Source: Thermodesulfobacterium commune DSM 2178
Lineage (GTDB): Bacteria; Desulfobacterota; Thermodesulfobacteria; Thermodesulfobacteriales; Thermodesulfobacteriaceae
Direction of reading: 5' to 3'
DNA length: 32,000 nucleotides
Assembly (NCBI RefSeq): GCF_000734015.1
Contig: NZ_CP008796.1
Location: 1,440,001 to 1,472,000 of the forward strand
Under the pieces are notes generated by a model that did no database searches, had not been told where the DNA came from, and worked only from the letters and a program-made list of their open reading frames with translations. Every line of letters begins with the position of its first letter. Within the stretch, counting starts at the first letter, position 1. The position numbers were made by a program, and so were the translations under genes. Shown here piece by piece: positions 1 through 8,534 of the stretch.

Positions 1-894
1 GCCAGTTTTTTTAAGAATTTCAGGAAGGTATTCTTCCCAGCCTATAGCCATAAGATGAAATCCCTTTACTCCAGGGATTTCTTTTATTTGTTCTATCAGT
101 TCTACAGCTATTTTTATACCTTCTTCTAAAGGGTCTTTAGCCTCGCGCATTCTTTTAACCAGATCTTCAGGCACACAAGAACCTGGCAGGTGACTTTTGA
201 TGTAGTCTATCATCCGAAAAGATTTGGGAGGTACTATTCCTGCTAAGATATAGGCCTTTTCTGTAAGACCTTCGTTGTGGGCGATATACATGAACTGCTT
301 AAACTTGGTTACATCATAAACCAGCTGAGTTTGAATAAACTCAGCCCCTGCTTTGATTTTTTTAGCAAGTCTTCTTACTCTATACTCTGAAGGGTCAGCA
401 AAAGGATTTTCTGTTGCCCCGATAAAAAATCGAGGATTTTCTCCTTTTATCTCCTGTCCGTTTAAAAACCTCCCTTGCTTAAGTTGATTAACCATAGCCA
501 CCAGTTGCACAGAATCTAAATCAAACACAGGCTTAGCCTGAGGATGATCACCAAACGTAGGATGGTCTCCTGTGGTACAAAAAACATTTCTTATCCCTAA
601 AGCCCAAGCCCCAAGAAGGTCAGACTGCATGGCTATGCGGTTTCTATCTCGGCAGGTCATCTGAAGGATAGGTTCTATCCCCTCTAACATAATAGCCAAA
701 CAACCAGCTAAGCTTGAAAGCCTTACCATGGCAACCTGACAGTCGGTTATGTTTGCAGCATCTACATAACCTTTAAGCACGCGGGCTTTCTTTTTTAACG
801 GCTCAAGGCTTGCATGCTTCGGAGGTGCAAGCTCACAAGTAATGGCCATATAACCAGACTTTAAAACCCTTTCTAAATTGCTTCTAAATTTCAC
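1..894 (-). CDS. metF: Methylenetetrahydrofolate reductase (anaerobe/acetogen MetF type); the C-terminus runs off the window edge
   Basis: I translated the minus strand by hand from GTG at 894, which has GAGGAG about 7 nt upstream. It reads VKFRSNLERVLKSGYMAITCELAPPKHA...DAANITDCQVAMVRLSSLAG...QMTCRDRNRIAMQSDLLGAWALGIRNVFCTTGDHP...FFIGATENPFADP...GAEFIQTQLVYD and stays open to base 1. It is absent from the ORF track because it has no in-window stop. ATG at 848 is an alternative start. Confidence 0.85.
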   Translation of the reverse strand, partial: MKFRSNLERVLKSGYMAITCELAPPKHASLEPLKKKARVLKGYVDAANITDCQVAMVRLSSLAGCLAIMLEGIEPILQMTCRDRNRIAMQSDLLGAWALGIRNVFCTTGDHPTFGDHPQAKPVFDLDSVQLVAMVNQLKQGRFLNGQEIKGENPRFFIGATENPFADPSEYRVRRLAKKIKAGAEFIQTQLVYDVTKFKQFMYIAHNEGLTEKAYILAGIVPPKSFRMIDYIKSHLPGSCVPEDLVKRMREAKDPLEEGIKIAVELIEQIKEIPGVKGFHLMAIGWEEYLPEILKKTG

Positions 895-908
895 GCAAGC
901 TCTCCTCT

Positions 909-1577
909 TTAAAAGGTTAAGTCTTCTCTTTGTCTTTTTCTTGGGCCTTCGCCAAAGGTTAATCTCCAATCCTTTGGACCTATTATTTCATCAAGGCTTG
1001 CAAGCTCTCCCCTTTTTTCAAGCCTGATGATAATCTCATACCACACACAAGGTATTTCAGGGTTTACCTCACACCTTTCTGTTTGAGACCCTCCACAAGG
1101 CCCGTTTAAAAGACCTTTTGGGCACCTTGCTATAGGACAAAGACCTGCGGTTTTATCGATAAAACAATCCCCACAAGCCCGACACTTCTCCTCCCAAACA
1201 CCAAATCCAACATGGGCTCCTATAAATAAAGTATCTGTTCCAGGATAAACCTTTAAATCAGGATAAAGGTCAGCTATCAAGTTTACCCCTACTCCACAAG
1301 CTAAACTGACTACCGCTTCAACCTCTTTAAGAAACTCAGGCAACACCTTCAAAGCAACAGGGTCACACTGCCTAATAAGGGTTTGTCCGAGAGCAATAAA
1401 GTTTTTCCCTTCTTTTTCTGCTATAAGGTTTAATGCCGAGACCAGCAACTTTACCTCTCGATCTCCTCCAGTTGAGCAAATCCCTGAACACCCCCTACAT
1501 CCTAAAACCAGAACCTTACGAAAGTCTGCTATGTTTTGCCAAATCTTTTCTATAGGTTTTAATTCTGTAATTACCAT
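909..1577 (-). CDS. metV: MTHFR C-terminal-domain protein (MetV-like Cys-rich small subunit of MetFV)
   Basis: Cys clusters CRGCSGIC and CRACGDCFIDKTAGLCPIARCPKGLLNGPCGG are typical of MetV. Its stop lies 14 nt upstream of the metF start. Confidence 0.8.
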   Translation of the reverse strand: MVITELKPIEKIWQNIADFRKVLVLGCRGCSGICSTGGDREVKLLVSALNLIAEKEGKNFIALGQTLIRQCDPVALKVLPEFLKEVEAVVSLACGVGVNLIADLYPDLKVYPGTDTLFIGAHVGFGVWEEKCRACGDCFIDKTAGLCPIARCPKGLLNGPCGGSQTERCEVNPEIPCVWYEIIIRLEKRGELASLDEIIGPKDWRLTFGEGPRKRQREDLTF

Positions 1578-1590
1578 AACCTTTTCTCCG

Positions 1591-1929
1591 TTAAGCTTTA
1601 AGAACCTGATCTAATAAAGTTTGACCTTTTTCTTTGCTAAGATAAACCATCTCCAGTCTATATCCTTCAACCCATTTTCCTAAATATCTTCTTACCGTAG
1701 CCATCCTTTTTTCTGCCCTTAAGTTCCCGATCCTACTTTTACACGTTCCTTTTTTACACCCTACCACAAAAACCTGCTGAAAACCCTCTTCCAAAGCTTT
1801 CAGCACCTCAAAAACAGTTAAATCTCCTGCACAATCTAAGGTCTTTAAAACTATATCTTCTCTATCCTTCATCTCTTCTTCTAAACCAAGCTCTCTACAA
1901 ACAAACATCAGAGTTTTTCCTTTCATCAA
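1591..1929 (-). CDS. MvhD/FlpD-like hydrogenase iron-sulfur subunit
   Basis: It is 112 aa with FVCRELG...VGCKKGTCKSRIGNLRAEKR, the MvhD-type pattern. It sits directly upstream of metV-metF, as in MetFV-Hdr-MvhD clusters. Confidence 0.7.
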   Translation of the reverse strand: MMKGKTLMFVCRELGLEEEMKDREDIVLKTLDCAGDLTVFEVLKALEEGFQQVFVVGCKKGTCKSRIGNLRAEKRMATVRRYLGKWVEGYRLEMVYLSKEKGQTLLDQVLKA

Positions 1930-1941
1930 GCCTCCGTAACC

Positions 1942-3357
1942 TTAGATTACTTGAAGATAGATCGCCTCAGAAGGACACTCACCGATACAGATGCCACAAC
2001 CTGTGCATTTCTTTAGGTCTACCAATATACTATTAGCCACATGGTCGATAGACATGGCTGAAAAAGGACAAATCTTTACACAATTAAAACAGTTGATACA
2101 CCTTTCTCTAAAAATTTCAGCCCGTTTAACCGGAAGCATTTCAGAGGAAAAAGTGTTTTTAAACCTTTCTAACAATATTTGTTGGTAAAAAGACATGTGT
2201 TCTGAAGAAGAAAGAGACCTTCGCATTTCCATATCAAAAAGCACCCTTGGCTTTGGCTGGTGAATTCCTAAAGTCTTTCTTTTTGTTTCTATCCTCTCTA
2301 TGATTTCCTGTAAAATCTGGTCGGCAAGACCTTCTTCAAATACCTTAACCTTTTCATCAAGCAATTTAAAAGGTAAAAAGTCCTTCCCTATGGCTAAAAC
2401 TTCTAAACCTAAACCTGAAAAAGCAGGAACTAAAAGCCCAGGATTAACAGTTTTTAAACTGTTTTTACTACAGTAAACCGCAACTAAAGGTATCTCTGAA
2501 AGCTCTTTAAACAACCCTCCGGCACTAAGCATCTCTAAAACAACAGGGAAAACCTCTACTTCATCCCTTAAACATAAAACCGGAGGCAAACCAAAGGCTT
2601 CTAAAAATTCTCTCAGCCCTTCTCCTGCTTCCTGGATGAGTTCTAAATATTTTAAGGTTTCTTTCTCGTTTCCTGCAGACCATATCCAGATATTTTGATG
2701 TAATAGTTTTTTAACCAAAGAAAGATTTGATTCTTCTAAAGGAAGATGATTAAAAAATACCAGTCCTTTTAGATTGCCTGTTTTAAGGTTTTCGTTGATC
2801 GGACTTAAAGAGGCCCTGAAAGTTCCTCCAAGGGCATACATCAGGTCTGAACAGGTTAAACCGTTTAAATTCCCTTTAGAAAAAAATAAATCCTTAAGGT
2901 ATGACCTAAATAATGCTAAACCAAAAACATAGGTAAGAGAAAGTTTTATCAAGCTTTTAGTAAGTTCTTCTTTTTCTTCGGGTCTGAGAAACTTTTCGTA
3001 AGTACGGGTTATTTCTCTTTCTATTCCCTCAACCAAAAGCCCTTCTTTTTTAAGCTTAGATAAAACCTCAGTAGGGAAAAATTTTTCAACTTTTTCTGTT
3101 AAATCTTTAGTAGAAAACAGATCTAAAAGGTTTTTAGCGATTTTCGTCAGTAAAATCCTTTCAGGAAGACTACTGTCTAAGCCTAAACTTTGAGCCAAGA
3201 AAAGAAGATTTTCTGGTTTGGTAAAATTTATCGGCTTACCTGAGGATAAAGCCTCATCTATCTTAAAAATTTCACCTTTAAACTCTAAAAGGTTTAGCCC
3301 ATAATCTTTAATCAGGGTGAACCCTAAGTTTTTTAGCTGATCTTTGTTTTTTTCCAA
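1942..3357 (-). CDS. Uncharacterised protein with a C-terminal 2x[4Fe-4S] ferredoxin domain; the N-terminal ~400 aa may be a degenerate CODH/prismane-like fold
   Basis: The C-terminus carries CINCFNCVKICP and CTGCGICIGECP, two CxxCxxCxxxCP motifs. The segment GLPPVLCLRDEVEV...IPLVAVYCSKNSLK...GLGLEVLAIG resembles the CooS region PPVLHMGSCVDNSR...LPVVAS...EKAVAIG, but the cluster-ligand Cys context is lost. Confidence 0.55.
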   Translation of the reverse strand: MEKNKDQLKNLGFTLIKDYGLNLLEFKGEIFKIDEALSSGKPINFTKPENLLFLAQSLGLDSSLPERILLTKIAKNLLDLFSTKDLTEKVEKFFPTEVLSKLKKEGLLVEGIEREITRTYEKFLRPEEKEELTKSLIKLSLTYVFGLALFRSYLKDLFFSKGNLNGLTCSDLMYALGGTFRASLSPINENLKTGNLKGLVFFNHLPLEESNLSLVKKLLHQNIWIWSAGNEKETLKYLELIQEAGEGLREFLEAFGLPPVLCLRDEVEVFPVVLEMLSAGGLFKELSEIPLVAVYCSKNSLKTVNPGLLVPAFSGLGLEVLAIGKDFLPFKLLDEKVKVFEEGLADQILQEIIERIETKRKTLGIHQPKPRVLFDMEMRRSLSSSEHMSFYQQILLERFKNTFSSEMLPVKRAEIFRERCINCFNCVKICPFSAMSIDHVANSILVDLKKCTGCGICIGECPSEAIYLQVI

Positions 3358-3452
3358 AGTTATCCCTCAACCCTATAAAATTTTAAAAAACTATTATAAC
3401 ATATTTATACTAAAACACTATCGATAAAATCTGTTCGAGGCTTGAATTTTAG

Positions 3453-4358
3453 CTAAAACTGAATTTCTTCAGAAAGACCTTGGCTTGCTTTTGCAGCTTC
3501 TAACGTGTTTTTCATCAACATGGTAATCGTCATAGGACCAACTCCACCGGGAACCGGGGTAATAACCGAGGCTTTCTGCTTAACACTTTCAAAATCTACA
3601 TCTCCACAAAGAATCGGTTTACCCTCAGGAGTGGTCCCAATCCTGTTAACCCCAACATCTATAACCACTACCCCTTCTTTCACCATATCCCCTGAAATAA
3701 ATTTTGGTCTACCTGCTGCCACTATCAAGATATCTGCCCTTTTAGTATGAAAAGCAAGGTCTTTGGTAGCGGTATGACACACCGTTACCGTTGCGTTTCC
3801 TACAGGTTTAAGTTTCTGCATAAGAAGGAGAGCTAAGGGTTTTCCTACGATGTTACTTCTTCCTATGATAACCACCTCTTTTCCTTCTACCTCTATATCA
3901 GCTTCTTTTAAAAGAAACAGAATTCCATAGGGTGTGCATGGAATAAAGGTAGGATGTCCCATAACCAACCTTCCTAAATTAAAGGGATGGAAACCGTCGA
4001 CATCCTTTTTAGGGTTGATAGCGCAGATCACCTTTTTTTCATCAATATGTTTAGGAAGAGGTAGCTGCACCAAGATACCGTGGATGGATGGGTCCTGGTT
4101 GTATTTTTCTATAAGGTCTAAAAGGGTTTTTTCTGAGATGTCCTCCGGAAGGTTTTCTTGAACTGAGTAAAAACCAAGTTCTTTGGCTACCCTCTGTTTG
4201 GCTGTAACATAAGAAACTGAGGCAGGATTTTCTCCTACCAAGATGGTTACAAGACCAGGAATGAGCCCATATTGTTCCTTTAATGTTCTTACCTCTTCTT
4301 TGATCTGTTCTCTCAAGTTTTTAGCTATCTCTGACCCTTTTAATATTAAAGGCTCCAT
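3453..4358 (-). CDS. folD: Bifunctional 5,10-methylene-THF dehydrogenase / 5,10-methenyl-THF cyclohydrolase
   Basis: 301 aa with PGLVTILVGENPASVSYV, ILVQLPLP, DVDGFHP, VIIGRSNIVGKPLALLL and PVPGGVGPMTI, the canonical FolD motifs. Confidence 0.95.
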   Translation of the reverse strand: MEPLILKGSEIAKNLREQIKEEVRTLKEQYGLIPGLVTILVGENPASVSYVTAKQRVAKELGFYSVQENLPEDISEKTLLDLIEKYNQDPSIHGILVQLPLPKHIDEKKVICAINPKKDVDGFHPFNLGRLVMGHPTFIPCTPYGILFLLKEADIEVEGKEVVIIGRSNIVGKPLALLLMQKLKPVGNATVTVCHTATKDLAFHTKRADILIVAAGRPKFISGDMVKEGVVVIDVGVNRIGTTPEGKPILCGDVDFESVKQKASVITPVPGGVGPMTITMLMKNTLEAAKASQGLSEEIQF

Positions 4359-4370
4359 GATTTAACCCCT

Positions 4371-6137
4371 TTATTCAAGACCTATGATTTTGCCAGTTTT
4401 CAAATCTACATCTATCTTACGAAAAGCTGGATTAGAAACTGTGCCAGGCATAAGGTTGATTTCACCAGCAACAGGCACAACCAACTTTGCTCCTCTAAAA
4501 ACCATGATATCTCTTACATTAAAAACCCAATCTTTAGGAACACCTCTAAGATCAGGATTATCTGAAAGAGAAAGGCTGGTTTTAGCCATACAAACAAAAA
4601 ATTCTGTAAGGTCTTCTTTTTCAAGCTGTTCCAATTTTTCTTTGGCTAAAGGAGTAAAACAAACTTCCTTTGCACCATAGATTTCTTTTGCAATTTTTTC
4701 TATTTTAGCTTTAAGAGGCTCTTTTGTGTCGTAAAGAAAGTTAAAACTATTCGGTTTTTCACAGGCCTCTATAACCGCTTCAGCAAGTTCTACTGCTCCT
4801 TCTCCTCCTTTTAACCAGTGGTTAGAACAAACTGCAGTTACCCCTAAGGCCTCACAAAATCTTTTAACCACCTCTATTTCTTCTTTAAAATCATGTATAA
4901 ACTGGTTGATACATACCACTGGATTAATTCCACTTCTTTGGATAATCTCTATACAATGGGCTAAAAGTTCACAACCTTTTTCTACCAGGTCTGGTCTTAA
5001 ACTTTGGTATTCTGAAGGAAGAAGCTGGTTTTTCCTAGGAAGAGGTGCTCCTCCGTGATATTTAAGAGCCCTTAAAGTGGTTACCAAAACTACTGCCTGA
5101 GGTATAAGACCTGATAACCTGCACTTAATATTCCAAAATTTTTCATAGCCAATCTCTGCTCCAAATCCTGACTCAGTAACATGATATTCGGAAAGTTTTA
5201 GACCTAAATAGTCTGCGATGATAGAAGACTGGCCAAGGGCGATGTTAGCAAAAGGTCCGGTGTGTATAAAAACAGGTTGTCCTTCTATGGTTTGTGCAAG
5301 GGTTGGGTTAAGAGCTTCTACCAACCAGGCAGTCATCGCACCTGCTACCTCAAGGTCTTCGGTAGTAATAGGATTTCCCCTTTTATCATAGGCTACTACA
5401 ATCTTTCCAACCCTTTCTCTTAGATCCTGTAAATCTTTAGCGATAGAAAGAATGGCCATAAGTTCTGAAGCTGGGGCTATCCAAAACTTGCTTTCCATCA
5501 AAACACCGTTCTTTTTTTCTCCAAGTCCTATCAAAACTTTTCTCAAGGCTTGGGCACAAAAATCTATTAACCAGGGAAATTCAACCCTTTTTGGGTCTAT
5601 GTTAAGCCTTTTAATTCCTATTTTTAAAAGCTCTTCGTCAGTATACGTTTCTTCATGGTGAAGTCTTGAGGTAAGAGCTACCATAGCAAGGTTATGGGCA
5701 TTCATCACCGCATTTATGTCTCCAGTAAGCCCTAAAACAATCTTATCTAAAGGTAATACCTGAGATAACCCACCTCCGGTGCCTCCTCCTTTTAGGTTAA
5801 AAGTTGGGCCTGAAGAAGGCTGTCTTATAGCCCCACTTACCCTTTTCCCTTTTTTAGCAAGTCCCTGAATAAGTCCTATCGTGGTGGTAGTTTTTCCCTC
5901 TCCAAAAGGGGTAGGCACTATCGCAGTAACATCGATATATTTTCCGTAAGTTTTGGTTTTTAACCTTTGAATTACTTTTAGGTAGTCAACTTTAGCCAAA
6001 TAATAACCATAAGGGATTAATTCTTCTGAGAGAAGTTCGATTTCTTCTGCCAGTTCAAAAACCTTCTTTAGATTTTTTTCGGCTTGATAGGCTATCTCCC
6101 AGGGAGAAAGTTTTGTTGGGTCTAAATTTTTTTTCAT
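4371..6137 (-). CDS. fhs: Formate--tetrahydrofolate ligase
   Basis: 588 aa with TPFGEGKTTTTIGL, GPTFNLKGGGTGGG and PVFIHTGPFANIA, the canonical Fhs motifs. Confidence 0.95.
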   Translation of the reverse strand: MKKNLDPTKLSPWEIAYQAEKNLKKVFELAEEIELLSEELIPYGYYLAKVDYLKVIQRLKTKTYGKYIDVTAIVPTPFGEGKTTTTIGLIQGLAKKGKRVSGAIRQPSSGPTFNLKGGGTGGGLSQVLPLDKIVLGLTGDINAVMNAHNLAMVALTSRLHHEETYTDEELLKIGIKRLNIDPKRVEFPWLIDFCAQALRKVLIGLGEKKNGVLMESKFWIAPASELMAILSIAKDLQDLRERVGKIVVAYDKRGNPITTEDLEVAGAMTAWLVEALNPTLAQTIEGQPVFIHTGPFANIALGQSSIIADYLGLKLSEYHVTESGFGAEIGYEKFWNIKCRLSGLIPQAVVLVTTLRALKYHGGAPLPRKNQLLPSEYQSLRPDLVEKGCELLAHCIEIIQRSGINPVVCINQFIHDFKEEIEVVKRFCEALGVTAVCSNHWLKGGEGAVELAEAVIEACEKPNSFNFLYDTKEPLKAKIEKIAKEIYGAKEVCFTPLAKEKLEQLEKEDLTEFFVCMAKTSLSLSDNPDLRGVPKDWVFNVRDIMVFRGAKLVVPVAGEINLMPGTVSNPAFRKIDVDLKTGKIIGLE

Positions 6138-6206
6138 AAAAGCCTCTTTAAGATGTTTTTAAGTTTATAAGTTTTAGCTCAAAAAACGATTTTCGTCAAT
6201 CCAAAG

Positions 6207-6222
6207 GTCAAAACGGTTTGAC
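6207..6222. promoter_or_regulatory. 16-bp palindrome GTCAAA-ACGG-TTTGAC overlapping a TTGACA box in the fhs upstream region; possible operator
   Basis: The sequence GTCAAAACGGTTTGAC has 6-bp perfect arms. It lies about 70-85 nt upstream of the fhs start codon on the opposite strand. Confidence 0.2.
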
Positions 6223-6248
6223 AAGTTTAGTGAGTATTTGAGTATAAA
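6218..6248 (+). promoter_or_regulatory. Candidate sigma70-type promoter (TTGACA-N17/19-AGTATAAA) facing the C-depleted tract
   Basis: TTGACA is at 6218-6223. After 17 nt comes AGTATA, with TATAAA at 6243-6248. No protein-coding gene follows for about 500 nt. Confidence 0.3.
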
Positions 6249-6327
6249 AACACGTTTAGAGGAGTTAAAAGGGTTGGTGTGAAAGGTGGGGTTAGTAGAG
6301 TTTGTATATGGGGAGGTTAAGAGAGGA

Positions 6328-6510
6328 TATGGGAGAAATATGTTTAGAATCAGGGGAAAAAGATTGAGAGGAGTGGGTACAGGTAGAAAATGGAATAGAT
6401 TTTATATGAGAGTTGGGGAAGAACTATAGAAAGTAACTAAGAAATATGATTTTTAAGTTTAAAGATTACGGAAAGATTTTTTATTTTATTCTCTATCGGC
6501 AATTTTGGGT
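6328..6510 (+). repeat. Intergenic repeat element, copy A (interrupted)
   Basis: 6328-6345 (TATGGGAGAAATATGTTT) matches 12658-12675 at 18/18. 6450-6510 matches 12685-12745 at 56/61. The two blocks are 104 nt apart here and 9 nt apart in copy B. GAAATATG occurs at both edges of the extra segment. Confidence 0.8.
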
Positions 6511-6759
6511 CAAAATCTCTGTCTAAAGAAAAAACAAAAACATGTTTAAAACTATGTTTAAATTTTTAAAAGTTTTCGACATGCTTTTGAATAAGGTTAT
6601 TTAAAACCTTTTGACAAAAGTTTAAAATCATCCATCTCTGATATTTTGGACCTTATAAGCATTTTGTTTAAACCAACCTGTTTTATCATTATCTTATCTT
6701 TTATTTTTTTTCTTTTAAATTAAAATCTTTTTATAAAAATTTTTATATTAAGACCAATT

Positions 6760-7341
6760 ATGTTAAAAAATTTAAAGCTGATTAAAAAATTAGACCCAGA
6801 TCCTACTGCTTTGATGAAAGAAAAAATTAAAGTAGCTGAAGAGCTTTTTGAGCATTGGAATGACTATTTTTATAAAGACTCAAAGTTTTTAAAACTTTTA
6901 AAAAGGTACGAAAACGCAGTTTTGTTGTCAAACCAGATGATGTCAAACTTAGAAACGTTTAACGAATGTTATATTTGCTCAGTAATAGATAAAAAAGGTT
7001 GTTGCAAGGCTGGTATTGAGGCAGAAGTTACTGTAAACATTTTATTATTAAACCTTTTTTTAAAAAAAGACGTTCCTAAGGAGAGAGAGATTCCTTTAAA
7101 ATGTTTTTTTGTCGGTCCTATAGGATGTAAGATTTTTGCCAGACCTTTTATCTGTAGAGACTATTTTTGTCGTCGTTTGTTAAATAAACTTACGCAAGAA
7201 AAGTATGCCTTAGTAACCCAGGTGCTTAACGAAGAGCTTACTTTACTTTATGAAATAACGCGATATATTAGAAAACAACTGGAGTTTTTATTAGGTGAGT
7301 TTTTGTTAGAATTAGACATAGTAGGTTATTGCTGGGAATAA
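6760..7341 (+). CDS. YkgJ-family-like cysteine-cluster protein (CxxCxxCC type), function unknown
   Basis: CYICSVIDKKGCCKAG followed by GCKIFARPFICRDYFCRR matches the remembered YkgJ/UPF0153 Cys pattern. Confidence 0.45.
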   Translation: MLKNLKLIKKLDPDPTALMKEKIKVAEELFEHWNDYFYKDSKFLKLLKRYENAVLLSNQMMSNLETFNECYICSVIDKKGCCKAGIEAEVTVNILLLNLFLKKDVPKEREIPLKCFFVGPIGCKIFARPFICRDYFCRRLLNKLTQEKYALVTQVLNEELTLLYEITRYIRKQLEFLLGEFLLELDIVGYCWE

Positions 7342-7351
7342 GGGGAGACCT

Positions 7352-7930
7352 ATGGTTAGATGGTGGCTTTTAATAGGTGTTATCCTTTTATTTTCTGGAT
7401 GCGCAAAAAAGGAGGTTCCACCTATAGTTGGAGAATCTCAAGTTCCTGTTTATCAATCTCAGAAAGAGTCTACAACTTCTGTCTCTCAGCCTAAAGCTCC
7501 TTCAGAAGTAGAACAGAACCAGGTTTTCTCTCCTGAAGAATTCAAAGATTCAGAAAAAGAAGACTGGGAAAGATGGAAAGTTTATGGAAGAAGCACCTCT
7601 CCTCTTAAGGCAGTTTTTTTTGATTATGACGATTATTCCATAAAAGAAGATATGTGGGAACCTATTAAACATAACGTTAAATACCTTCTTAAGCACAAAG
7701 ATTTGAAGGTTGAGTTACAGGGAAACTGCGATGAAAGAGGCACCAACGAATACAACATGGCTTTAGGTGCTAAAAGAGCTCAAGAGGTAAAAAAGGTACT
7801 TACTAAATTAGGAATAGATGAAGAAAGGATTAACACCATCAGTTTTGGAGAAGAAAGACCTCTTGCTAAGTGTTCTAACGAAACATGTTGGGCTATCAAC
7901 AGAAGAGTTGATTTTGTGATAATTAAATAA
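7352..7930 (+). CDS. pal: Peptidoglycan-associated lipoprotein (OmpA-like domain)
   Basis: It has a lipoprotein signal with lipobox LFSGC. The C-terminus reads FDYDDYSIKED...ELQGNCDERGTNEYNMALGAKRA...ISFGEERP. GGGGAG precedes the ATG. Confidence 0.9.
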   Translation: MVRWWLLIGVILLFSGCAKKEVPPIVGESQVPVYQSQKESTTSVSQPKAPSEVEQNQVFSPEEFKDSEKEDWERWKVYGRSTSPLKAVFFDYDDYSIKEDMWEPIKHNVKYLLKHKDLKVELQGNCDERGTNEYNMALGAKRAQEVKKVLTKLGIDEERINTISFGEERPLAKCSNETCWAINRRVDFVIIK

Positions 7931-7960
7931 TTAAATAATAAATAAAAATAGGAGGTTTTT

Positions 7961-8506
7961 ATGAAAAGGTTTTTTATTAGTATGTTTTTTGTCTTTTTTT
8001 TAGGTTTTGTTTTTTTTAATGAGGCTAAGGCTGAAACCAGTTTAAAAATAGGGGTTATAGACATCAAAAAAGTGATTAATAAATCCAAGTACGGCGAAGA
8101 AATTATTCAAAAGTTGCAAAAAAAATATGAAGAACTTTCTTTAAAAGTTCAAGCCAAGGCTAAAGAATTAGATACCATTAAAGAAGAATTAGAAAAAAAA
8201 GGCGCTCTTCTTTCTCAAGAGGCAAGAGAAAAAAAACAAGCTGAGTATCAAAAGCTGTTAAGAGAACTTAAAAGCCTTCAAGAAGACGCACAGTATGAGA
8301 TGCAAGAATATGAAAAACAACTTCTTGACCCGGTTTTTAAGGAGTTAGAAGGGGTGCTTAAAGAGTTTGTACAAAAAGAAGGTATTGACCTTGTTTTAGA
8401 AAAAAATCAACCAGGAATATATTATGTAGCACCCAAGGTTGATTATACCGATAAATTGATAGATAAATTTAACGCTTATTACGAAGCTAAAAAGACAAAG
8501 AAGTAA
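7961..8506 (+). CDS. skp: OmpH/Skp-family periplasmic chaperone
   Basis: A signal peptide, then IGVIDIKKVINKSKYG and a long coiled-coil rich in K, E and Q, in a protein of 181 aa. GGAGG precedes the ATG. Confidence 0.8.
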   Translation: MKRFFISMFFVFFLGFVFFNEAKAETSLKIGVIDIKKVINKSKYGEEIIQKLQKKYEELSLKVQAKAKELDTIKEELEKKGALLSQEAREKKQAEYQKLLRELKSLQEDAQYEMQEYEKQLLDPVFKELEGVLKEFVQKEGIDLVLEKNQPGIYYVAPKVDYTDKLIDKFNAYYEAKKTKK

Positions 8507-8534
8507 AGTTTGGTTTTTACTACAAACTTAAAGA

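Noticed and set aside
6309-6368. Short ORFs in the purine-rich tract and element B (e.g. MGRLREDMGEICLESGEKD; MGEICFMKIF at 12659)
   Set aside because: They are 10-19 codons long and their ends are not conserved between the two copies. The shared ATGGGAGAAATATG is explained equally well by nucleotide-level repeat conservation.
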